DNA of 64,000 bases from Paramoeba atlantica. Its lineage: Eukaryota; Protista; Discosea. The notes beneath the pieces were generated by a model. The model had not been told where the DNA came from. It did no database searches and saw only the letters and a program-made list of their open reading frames with translations. The stretch is from positions 1 through 64,000 of the forward strand of contig CDRNVI010000026.1 in the NCBI GenBank assembly GCA_977017575.1, given 5' to 3'. Of this stretch, positions 10,406 to 19,303 are shown one piece after another. Positions within the stretch are counted from its first letter, which is position 1; each line of letters starts with the position of its first letter. The position numbers and the translations under genes are program-made.

Positions 10406-11071
10406 CTAAAGGGAAGGAAAGCGCATCACACGAGAGGAACGTGGCTTCAAAGAGACTTCCCCAAGCGAAGGTTGAGGGAGCGAGGAAGGTTGAGTGCGCA
10501 AGTTGGGTGAAGAGATCACCGTAGAAGAAAAGGATTCCTCTGCTACGTTTTCTTTACCCTGGCCACTCTTCCGTTTGCGCCACAGAGTGCATGATCTGGA
10601 ACGCTTTCCTGAAACAGAACGCCACACGTTCTCCACGAACTCCCCCACAGCTCCTTCATGAGGAGGGGCGTAGAGAGGGTTCTGTTCCAAGAAAGCTTCC
10701 AGATCACGCGTCGCCTCTGCAAGGAAGTAGACCCCTCGTGGCAGACAATCCAAGAGAAGGTGTCCTCGGCGCTCCACAAGGTGGAAGATGACACGCTGCA
10801 GCACTTGGGAGCTAACCTCCACGCCACACACAGAGCGTGTGGCATGTAAGTAGCTGTCCATCGTGCGCGATACGCGCCTCATGCATTCTTCCACCTTGGC
10901 TCCCAACTCCTCTTCAGTGATAACGAGCGCTGGGGGGGCGAAAGGAGTTTTGCGCTTCGTGAAGGTGCGCATAAGCGATGCGACAATGACGTCGTATACG
11001 TCATCATCCCTCGCAGATGTTACCTTCATACGTGAAGTGAAATCTTCGTTGCTCTCAACAGGGCTCATCAT
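10406..11071 (-). CDS. Second ORF of the Harbinger/ISL2EU-like element, unknown function, 221 aa
   Basis: Intact ATG-to-stop ORF inside the TIRs, on the transposase strand and opposite to all host genes. Confidence 0.6.
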   Translation of the reverse strand: MMSPVESNEDFTSRMKVTSARDDDVYDVIVASLMRTFTKRKTPFAPPALVITEEELGAKVEECMRRVSRTMDSYLHATRSVCGVEVSSQVLQRVIFHLVERRGHLLLDCLPRGVYFLAEATRDLEAFLEQNPLYAPPHEGAVGEFVENVWRSVSGKRSRSCTLWRKRKSGQGKENVAEESFSSTVISSPNLRTQPSSLPQPSLGEVSLKPRSSRVMRFPSL

Positions 11072-11555
11072 ATAAAAAGGAGGATAATGTAAAAGAATTA
11101 TGCATGTATTGTGGAGGGTATATTAATTGTACATTTGATTTGTGTAATGCATACACCGTTCGTATACAGCACCGTATACAGCGTACACCGTATTTTCACA
11201 GTGAGGCGGCTATGTACGGCAACAAACTAAAAAAACTACGCTTTAAGCTACTTTGTACGTGTACAATCCATTTTTTTGGGCTAAAATAGACCTCGTTCGA
11301 CCTCAAATGCAAAGCGCGGGTTCGGTGCGGGTTCGGTGATGCACACCCGCAGCCCCTCATATGTATCAGTGTCTTTGTTGTTGTTTTTGTGATTCCATCA
11401 AAAAGCCATATTAAAGTGGGGGTACATTGAAAATTATGTGAGAAAAAAATCGGCGGCATTTTTTGTTTATCTGTAAACACTTATATAATGTTGAACCGGA
11501 GCTGTATATATTCAAATATAGCTTTTATAGCTTTTTTCCGCTTAAAAACTTCGAA

Positions 11556-12740
11556 ATGACTGCAGCTGTAGAAATCTCTTACGAAGATTCTTCTATCGAC
11601 ATGAACGTATTAAAAAAACTCAATCCGGAGAACTCTGAGATTGCAAAAGGACTTCTTCTAGAAATTGAAACGGAATGTACGAAAGCAAACATATTGGACG
11701 ATACAATTTCTCAAGCACATGATCACTTAAACGCCGCGGCTACGATTCGGAAACAAATCGCACAGGAGTCTGACAAAATCACTGAACTTGAAAGCTCTAT
11801 TTCCCAAACCACGCACAACGTTGCCCACATGAGGACACGCATTCAATCCTTTCCCACCCCTGAGCGCATCCATTCTCTCGAAACCCAAGTTGCGGCCAAA
11901 TCCGACGCGTTAGACACCTCAACCTCCACACTCGGTACCTTACAAAACGACAAGAAAACGCAACAGCGGCAACTCGACGACACCCACAGCAACCTCTCCA
12001 GTTTAATGCACGAAGTCTGCACGATTCTATGCGAGACCTCCTCCCTCCTCCAGCAACGTCACCGTGAGATGGTCGAGCTCCCGATGCCCTCCGTTTCGTT
12101 ACCCGATCTCACGGCACAGTGCACCGAAAGAGAGGCACGGCTCCGTGCGACCCTACTCGACACGGACCTCAAAAAACAAAAAGAGAAAAGTATTCGAGAA
12201 GCCATGGAATGTGCTCGAACGGAGCTAGCCACCCAATGTGGAGATGTGGAGCGCAGTCACCTTGAAAGCACGCAGCAAATTACAGAAGAATGGAGCCGGG
12301 AACAGAAAGAGCTCTGGGTTTCGTTGGCCCAACTTCGCGTGATCCACAAGGAGCAGGTTTATCATTTGCAGCGGGGGACGCATATTAAGCAGAGCACGAG
12401 TGGGGGCGTCTCGTCGGAGTCTAGACTGGCGAGAGAAGAGACGGCATTGACCCGCGAGCTGATACAAATCCAGCAGCGCATTAAGGATGCCACCGACCAG
12501 CTACACTCCAGGCGTGTGGTGTTGCGGAATTATAAAACGGAGCTACGTAAGATGAAGGATGAGTTTGAGGAGACCCGAAAGAAGGTACAGGAACAGCTAC
12601 AGGAATCCGCGAAAGAGCACAGAGAGCTGTTCCAAGAAAAGTGTCAGTTGCAGAAAATGAAGGCAGATATGGAGGACCAAATTGCTGTCCTACACAGTGC
12701 TCGATCGCCTGCTTTAATGACACCCAAAAAAGAAATTTAG
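11556..12740 (+). CDS. Coiled-coil protein of unknown function
   Basis: Long E/K/Q/L heptad-rich ORF; first ATG at 11556. Confidence 0.7.
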   Translation: MTAAVEISYEDSSIDMNVLKKLNPENSEIAKGLLLEIETECTKANILDDTISQAHDHLNAAATIRKQIAQESDKITELESSISQTTHNVAHMRTRIQSFPTPERIHSLETQVAAKSDALDTSTSTLGTLQNDKKTQQRQLDDTHSNLSSLMHEVCTILCETSSLLQQRHREMVELPMPSVSLPDLTAQCTEREARLRATLLDTDLKKQKEKSIREAMECARTELATQCGDVERSHLESTQQITEEWSREQKELWVSLAQLRVIHKEQVYHLQRGTHIKQSTSGGVSSESRLAREETALTRELIQIQQRIKDATDQLHSRRVVLRNYKTELRKMKDEFEETRKKVQEQLQESAKEHRELFQEKCQLQKMKADMEDQIAVLHSARSPALMTPKKEI

Positions 12741-13654
12741 CTTCTAGGAAATTGGATGTTCAAGTAGATTTTTGTAGATATTCTTCGTAACGGAACCGTT
12801 TCGTAGGGTGTATGACTCAAGTGTAATTCTTTGTTGGTTCGATGGAATTATGATTACGGAGTTCAATTTATCCGTTGACTCCACTTTACCCGTAGACTTA
12901 AAATGTACACATGCTTATAATTCTGTACTTGTTTGTTTATATTGTAGAACACCTTTTAGTCATAATCTACCTTTGATTCCCTTTTAACAGCCTATAAATA
13001 CATGTATGATATTATGCCTGGTGCTCTGTTCCGTACCGTGTTTGTGTGTTCCATACCTTTTGATCACGGGTTCCGATAATTTTACAAAATAATAATAATA
13101 ACTTACAAATCTTTTTTTTTCGTTTCTTTCTACTGCAATTTTTGTTCGTTTCCTTCTACTGCATGGATGACAGTTCCGATTTGCGTCGCGGCAAGGTTAC
13201 CGCCTTGTTGCTACCCCCAGAGGAACTCCTTGAGCGTTTCATATCAGATGTGGAACCAAGATCAAGGCACCCCACTTGGCGCCTTGCTAAGAAGGGAGTC
13301 TTTGGGCATGTGAAAAGCGTATCGGTATGCACGTGGTATGGGGTGACTTGCGATGCGCAGCATCGTCTAAGAAGGATTCGATGGGATGACATGGGGCTCG
13401 AACGACAGGTACAATGGGAATTCCTACCCCAAACACTAACGGCTTGTAGTTTCCTTAGAAACAGACTTACGGGATCATTGTTACTTGATGCATTACCACC
13501 GCAGCTGACATACCTGCATGTATCGAGCAACCGATTTGGCGATGAGTTATCCTTGACTAATTTGCCGCCTACCACAGAGTCTCTTTGGTTCAATGACAAT
13601 CGCTTTGAAGGAAGCGTAGATCTTACCCATTTACCCCTTCGTCTCTGTGACTTG

Positions 13655-13692
13655 ATAAAGATACAGTTTCTGTACCTTGTTGGTACATTTTC
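13655..13692 (+). ncRNA. Spliced-leader exon (3' 28 nt) plus GT donor
   Basis: Matches the kinetoplastid SL core CAGTTTCTGTACTTTATTG|GTA; donor GT at 13683-13684. Confidence 0.8.
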
Positions 13693-14230
13693 CCTTTAGT
13701 TCATCTTTTCTTTCCCCGGCAACGGGCATAATCTTACTGTTTTATATGCCCGTTGCCGGCCGGCACTAAGGCCGAAACTGTCCCTCTTTCTCGGCGAAGT
13801 AGGGGACGCGCTTCCACGCCATCACCCCTCCCCGGCTCACTCCTTGAGTGGGTTTTCTTCCCTCCCCGGCTTTCTTCCCTTCGCGCCCTTTTATTCCCGG
13901 GGAGCCATGCGCCATGGTGGCCTCCCTTGAGGACCACTGGGCGTGGCTCTGCCTCGTCTTATCGCGAGGCAGCGGTCGGTTGCAGTGCGCCCCTCCGGCT
14001 GCGTAAAGAGGTGGTGAGTTGCCTGGACCACCTCTACCGACTGGGACCGAGTCGGTTGCAGTGCGCCCCTCCGGCTGCGTAAACAGAGGGCGAGTTGCCT
14101 GGACCCCCTCTACCGACCGAGTCCGTGTCGAACCCCCTTGGTGCGACATCCGTCAATACGGATTGTGCCGATGATATCGGCTGTCGCATCAAGGGCTGTA
14201 TCTCTGCGCCAACGAGCGCATGAACATCAA
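13655..14230 (+). mobile_element. Dispersed SL-RNA-gene-derived unit, copy 1
   Basis: Begins ATAAAGATACAGTTTCTGTACCTTGTTG|GTAC; collinear over its full length with the reverse complement of 27230-27809. Confidence 0.8.
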
Positions 14231-14561
14231 AAACTTGATTACAATGAGCTCTCCGGTGGAGTCGATCTCTCTTGTTTGCCCTACGAAATGAAAACTCTGA
14301 ATTTGGCCTTTAACAGGTTTACAGGACCACTAAATTTGCAGAAGACGCCTCCTTTGCTGGAATTCATTTACTGTCAAAGCAATTGTTTTTCGGACTTGAT
14401 AATGTTTGCTTCGATTCCCAAGGAATTAAAAGCGTTAACCATATACGACAACAAAAATCTTAAGGGCGAAATTAATTTTTCTATTCTCCCGAAAAATTTA
14501 TTTGCAGAGATCACTACTTCAGGAACGGATGTCAAGGTACTGTGATCATAAAAGTATGAGT

Positions 14562-15236
14562 AGTCACTCATACTGCGCGCTTCGCGTTGAAAACTAACTC
14601 CGCGTTTAACGAAGAGACTAAAAAAGAAAAATCGCCAAAACGTCATGAATAATCTACTTTTTTGGGGGAAAAAGCTCGATTTTTCGGCAAAAATTGCGAA
14701 ATTTTACCCCGAATTTTTGATGCCTTACCAGTACAGTGGGGGCAGGAGTCGAATCTGTCGACAAAAACGTCGTAGAATGGTGACTCTCCGAATATGGTTT
14801 AGGAGTCGATTTGGAAAAATATTCTTTTTACTTTTTCTTAGGTCAAAAAAAACTATTTTTTGGCTATCCCAAAAATTTCGGAATTTTTGACCTTGTCGGA
14901 CCTCGCCCGCGCGTACCAGGGGGGGGACCCCCAGGTGGGGGTATGGAAAGTCATCGCCGCGGCCTACTCTACCACTTCCCTGCGCTCGATTTCGAATATC
15001 AAGATTTTGAACTTTTCAAAAAACGACGTATGCCCCCCTTTGGACTCCCCCCCCATGGACCCCGCCATGGACCCCCCATTTTTTTCAATTCTTTTTTTTT
15101 CAGTTTTGGACCACCGGAGCCCCCTTTTATATTTTTTTCTTCTATTATATTACTGTGTTTCTCTTTATATTTTCACTGTTTTTGTTCACTTTTTTTTCAA
15201 TAATCGAGGGTAGAGCGGTAGTTATACAACCACCGC
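14562..15236 (+). repeat. Family A repeat copy (right arm of 5' hairpin through 3' hairpin)
   Basis: 14562-14630 matches ~105-173; the 3' ~200 bp match 780-978; the middle matches ~40010-40400. Confidence 0.85.
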
Positions 15237-15340
15237 GATAAGTGTCCCTAGGGTCCTTATTATACCCCGCCTCCTACCGCATCAGAGGCAGGTGCAGAAT
15301 TTACAGGACCGTAAATTTGGATATGGGAGGGGTCTAATAT

Positions 15341-15390
15341 GCGCAGCATGAGTGACTTCTAAGTTGAAAACAATCACCGCGCTTAACGAA
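15341..15390 (-). repeat. Inverted fragment of the family A 5' hairpin left arm
   Basis: GCGCAGCATGAGTGACTTCTAAGTTGAAAACAATCACCGCGCTTAACGAA is approximately the reverse complement of 72-122. Confidence 0.8.
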
Positions 15391-15711
15391 AAGCCGAAAT
15401 TATACCTAGGAGGTACAATAGGTGTCTCTAGGTATAATGACCCGGACGGTCGTTTAGTTTATTCTAATTTTAGTTTAACAAGTTTACGTGGGGCTTTTCC
15501 CTGAATTCTTAGAAAGTAACAGGGTCTTCCTATTTTTCCCCGTCTTGAACGTACATCTTTCTATTTATAGTTCATTTGTGTAAATTTTTCAGGAGCAAGA
15601 AAATAAAACCTTTTGGGCTCGTTTAATGTAGACACGAATTCACTTGTTGTGGAAAGTTACGCATTTTGTGTTTTCTCAAACAAATGCCCTTAGCTTTTTA
15701 TTCTTTCTTCC

Positions 15712-15966
15712 ATGATAATACCTGTACGCTGCTTTACGTGTGGGAAGGTTGTTGGTAACCTTTGGGAGACTTACGAAGCTATGATACGGGAAGAAGATTT
15801 AACTCCTTGCGAGGCTTTGGATGAACTTCACCTAAAGCGATACTGTTGTCGGCGTATGATATTATCTCACATTGACAACGTCGACCATTACGCCGAGTAC
15901 AGCGCCCCCATCCATGCCACTATGCCTGTACCTCACAAGGTGGAGACAAACCTTACAGGAGTTTAG
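15712..15966 (+). CDS. RPB10: DNA-directed RNA polymerases I/II/III shared subunit RPB10
   Basis: MIIPVRCFTCGKVVG...RYCCRRMILSH. Confidence 0.97.
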   Translation: MIIPVRCFTCGKVVGNLWETYEAMIREEDLTPCEALDELHLKRYCCRRMILSHIDNVDHYAEYSAPIHATMPVPHKVETNLTGV

Positions 15967-16235
15967 TACATGTAGTTCTGCTTAATGCATAAATTTGTGT
16001 TTCGGAGATGATCTCGTGGCTGTCCTCCACCCTTCATACCAAACTTCGTGGCACCAGCTCATACCAAACTTTGGCACGTACACAACCTTGCGACTTTTAC
16101 ATAAACATGATTTGTAGGATGCTCATACTTTTTATGTGGCTACACAAGCGCACATAGAATGCTGATCTTACGTTTACCTATATTGAACGAAATTATTCAC
16201 TGTAGTCCTTTTACCTTTGTATTCTATTCTGCCAT

Positions 16236-17318
16236 ATGCCAGCGCTCATGAGCCACGCATGGGGGCTGCGTGTTCCCTTACCGATGTCTTCACTGCGCCA
16301 TAGCCATCGCGCCCTGGGCCGTGTCTCCCCACGCCTTCAGTTGGGTTCACCCTGTTTCACCATTTGTCTCCGATCTTTTTCACAACACCCGCTTCGATCC
16401 CCATTTGGCAGTGACACAAACAAACTTTCACCTCAACTCGGTGGCCTGCGTCGTGCAAACCTCAACACGCGTTCCTCGCTGTTTGATGTTCGGTTCCGTT
16501 TTTGCGCCTCATCTCCCCAAAGCGACCCCAAGCAACCGAATACCCGACCAGGAGGGGAAAGTACCCCAAACGCTGTCGGTGGGTTCCGCGGTCTCTCCAC
16601 CCACTCCGGGGAGGAGCAAAAGCAGGAGGGCACGGAGGACGGCTACGAGGCCGGGGGTGCGGCTTACAACGCCTGGATCCACCTCCCCTTCATGCCGCCC
16701 TTCCACACGGTCAACATTGTGATGATTCTCATCCTCGCGAACCTGTTAACGTACCTCGCGATGGCCTATTTGAACGATGACTGGCGGGATTGGATTGTTG
16801 AGCACTTCACGCTAAGTCACGCCAACGCCCACCGGCTGTACCCGTTCCTTACGTGCAGCTTGTACCAGGAACACTTCCTACAGCTCGCGATTGACGTGTG
16901 GCTGCTGGTGCAGTTCGGGAAGACCATGCTGGGGTTCCTGGGTGGGGTGCGGATGGCCGCGTTCTGGGCGATGTGCTGTGTAGGCGGTGGCACACTCCAT
17001 CTCGCCCGGCAGTATGTCGAGCTCGCGTATGGGATGGACCCTACGGAGGTCCGAGGACGGTGTTTTGGCCCCAACCCGTTTATTCTTGGGCTTGTAGCCG
17101 TGGAGGGGTTGATTTTCCGTCATCTGAACTTTATGCAGAACCCCCCGATTCCGTTTCTTGTGCTTACGGCGTTTGTGATGATTATTGATGTCTGGCGGAT
17201 CTTCACGACGAAGCCGCAGGAGCACGGAGCCGCGACGGGAGGGGCACTGGTCGCGTATGTGTTCTGGCGACTCCCGACCCGTGCAATGGGGCTGGACCGC
17301 CTCACGGCGACTGTGTGA
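16236..17318 (+). CDS. Mitochondrial rhomboid-like protein, probably protease-dead (TimRhom-like)
   Basis: R/S/L-rich presequence, rhomboid TM pattern, HGAATGG; GPNP in place of the catalytic GxSG. Confidence 0.7.
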   Translation: MPALMSHAWGLRVPLPMSSLRHSHRALGRVSPRLQLGSPCFTICLRSFSQHPLRSPFGSDTNKLSPQLGGLRRANLNTRSSLFDVRFRFCASSPQSDPKQPNTRPGGESTPNAVGGFRGLSTHSGEEQKQEGTEDGYEAGGAAYNAWIHLPFMPPFHTVNIVMILILANLLTYLAMAYLNDDWRDWIVEHFTLSHANAHRLYPFLTCSLYQEHFLQLAIDVWLLVQFGKTMLGFLGGVRMAAFWAMCCVGGGTLHLARQYVELAYGMDPTEVRGRCFGPNPFILGLVAVEGLIFRHLNFMQNPPIPFLVLTAFVMIIDVWRIFTTKPQEHGAATGGALVAYVFWRLPTRAMGLDRLTATV

Positions 17319-17629
17319 TGGCAACAGGGGGAAGAGTAAAGTGCTGACTCAACATGTGTGCTTAGATAGCGTCTAGGAAATAGAAACAACAACGACAACA
17401 TAAGCCATCGAAATAGAGGTATCCGAAGTATATTTTCAAAACCATGACAAACTCTGTACGAACTGATTTTGATAACTGTGCAGTCTATTTTGTAGTAGGT
17501 TTCTCGCGCAGCTTCCCTATATCCTACCCCTAGCTTTACTCCTTTCAAACCTTCATCCAACTTCTCCCTTACCCTTTCCACAACACCCTCCCCAACCTCT
17601 ATTTCTTGACCCCTCCCTCCTTTCCCCCT

Positions 17630-19036
17630 ATGCAACCCGAATCTCCCCCTCCCCCTCCCCACCACCACCACAGTCTGCTCCGTTCCTTCCTCCCCCACCT
17701 CGACCCCCACGTCGCCATCGCCCTCCTCGACACCCTCCCCAAACCCCACACCCCCTACACCGACACCAGCATCCTACGCACCCAGTACGCCCTCTTCCAA
17801 CACACCCAGCTCTACAACGACCTCCAAGCCCTCGCCTCCGACCTCCTCACCGGAGACGAGCTCACCCATACCCTCACCGACTACCAAACCAAACAAGCCG
17901 CCCTCTCCCAGGCCCACGAGCAGCTCCTCGCCTCCGAGCCCGTACTCAAGTACACCCACACCGCCGCCACCCCCGAGGGCAAGGAAACGCTCCAGCGCAT
18001 GTGGCGCGAGCGCACCCTCGCGTCCGCCGGTGCCGAGGCGTTTGCGATGTCCCCCCGCGACCTCTCGCACCTCCACGCCTTCGCGCGCACCGTCTACGCC
18101 TACGGGCAGTACGCGGAGGCCCGGGACGTGCTGCGGTTCCTCCGCGGGGTCAGCCCCGGGGCCTACAAGTACAGCGAGGACACGACGTGGGGGCTGCTGG
18201 GGTGCGACCTGCTGTGCGCGCGGGCCCGCCGGGCGGGGGTGAAGTGGCAGGACGCGGTGAACACGTTCAACGTGCTCCAGGAGGGGGTGGTCCCCGCCGC
18301 GGGGAGGGGGGAGGGGCTGCCCTCGGTGGTGCGGCTGCTGCACTACGCGGTGCTGCTGTGTCTGTGGTCGGAGATGGGTTCCGGGCGGGAACAGCTGTCG
18401 GAGTTGCTGCTCTCGGAGAAGTACCTCGGGGTGGTGTGTGCGCATGTGCCGTACCTGTTGCGGTATGTGGTGGTGGCGGTGCTGTCGAGTGCGCAAGGGT
18501 CCCGGGCCCGGGCCTCGAGTTTGCGGAGTCACCCCTCGTTTCGTGAACTGCTGGCGGTGATGGAGAGCGGGTCACGGCTTGGGGATTACACCGACCCTCT
18601 GCTGGACTGTTTCCATACGTTGTTCGTGGAGTGTGATCTTGAACGCGCGGTGAGCGGGATAGGGGAGATTGAGAAGATGCTTCTGGCGGATCCCTGCACG
18701 TGTGCGTATGCCACGGAGGTCACGGAAAGTCTGCGGCGACAGATCATGGAGGACATGTGCCGGGTTCGCGAGGAGGTGCCGCTGAGCTTTGTGTCCGACA
18801 CGCTGGGCATAGCTCCCGGGGAGGTGGAGAAGTGGACGATGGGGGTGTTGCGCGTGGCGAAGATAAAGGGTAAGGTGTTGCCCGAGGAGAAGTGTGTGCG
18901 TCTGGGGCACGAGAACACCGCCCCCACGGCCTCATCCCTTCTCGTGCAGAAGTCCAAGCAGCTTACGATGCGACTGCAGACGCTGTACAACACGTGTAGG
19001 GAGGAGACTCGAAAGCCGATTGAGCAGGAGGGGTGA
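17630..19036 (+). CDS. EIF3E: Translation initiation factor eIF3 subunit E (PCI domain)
   Basis: FLPHLDPHVAIALL N-terminus, YGQYAEA..LRF, WGLLGCDLL, C-terminal PCI/winged helix; first ATG at 17630. Confidence 0.8.
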   Translation: MQPESPPPPPHHHHSLLRSFLPHLDPHVAIALLDTLPKPHTPYTDTSILRTQYALFQHTQLYNDLQALASDLLTGDELTHTLTDYQTKQAALSQAHEQLLASEPVLKYTHTAATPEGKETLQRMWRERTLASAGAEAFAMSPRDLSHLHAFARTVYAYGQYAEARDVLRFLRGVSPGAYKYSEDTTWGLLGCDLLCARARRAGVKWQDAVNTFNVLQEGVVPAAGRGEGLPSVVRLLHYAVLLCLWSEMGSGREQLSELLLSEKYLGVVCAHVPYLLRYVVVAVLSSAQGSRARASSLRSHPSFRELLAVMESGSRLGDYTDPLLDCFHTLFVECDLERAVSGIGEIEKMLLADPCTCAYATEVTESLRRQIMEDMCRVREEVPLSFVSDTLGIAPGEVEKWTMGVLRVAKIKGKVLPEEKCVRLGHENTAPTASSLLVQKSKQLTMRLQTLYNTCREETRKPIEQEG

Positions 19037-19303
19037 AGGAATCAGTATAGGGAATTTTTATTCTGGAACGAAGAGAATCTTTTGAGACAATAATATGTAA
19101 TTTTTATTTTTTTGACATTTTTCGTAATGATGATTATTCAAGTCGTACATTGTGCAATCGAGGATCAAGCATGATAGAAAAGCAAACATGACTTTAAAAT
19201 ATAAAACGCATTATTTTTTTTTGGATCAAAACTATTCCCTTATTCCTTTCTTCAACCCAAGACAACCCCCATTCCTTAATTTTCAGCACCCCCACCCCCA
19301 TTC

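Larger units (their letters stand above)
8151..11358 (-). mobile_element. PIF/Harbinger-ISL2EU-like DNA transposon with two ORFs and a nested MITE
   Basis: 14-bp TIR GAGGGGCTGCGGGT (8151-8164 / 11345-11358) flanked by AT on both sides; encloses a DDE transposase and a second ORF. Confidence 0.8.
13163..14545 (+). pseudogene. Leucine-rich repeat gene interrupted by a 576-bp SL-containing insert
   Basis: LPxxLxxLxLxxNxF/LxG repeats on both sides; deleting 13655-14230 gives in-frame LPLRLCDLKLDYNELSG with the exact repeat register. Confidence 0.88.

Noticed and set aside
13652-13660. TTGAT before the insert, resembling an IS200/IS605 (ISDra2) target or a TnpB/Fanzor system
   Set aside because: The second copy has a different flank, the end is explained by the SL exon, and no TnpA/TnpB-like ORF is present.
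13700-14230. Linked 5S rRNA or tRNA in the SL unit
   Set aside because: No recognisable 5S or cloverleaf sequence by eye; only a partial GGTTCGA.
13650-14239. Apparent 7-bp TSD ACTTGAT flanking the SL unit
   Set aside because: Removing the insert plus one copy frameshifts the gene and breaks LRR spacing, whereas TSD-free removal gives DLKLDYN in perfect register; the repeat is native LRR coding sequence.
17774-18546. Long alternative-frame and antisense ORFs in GC-skewed regions (also 4086-5635, 19283-20197, 49258-50110)
   Set aside because: Expected by-product of stop-poor, GC-rich sequence overlapping well-supported genes.
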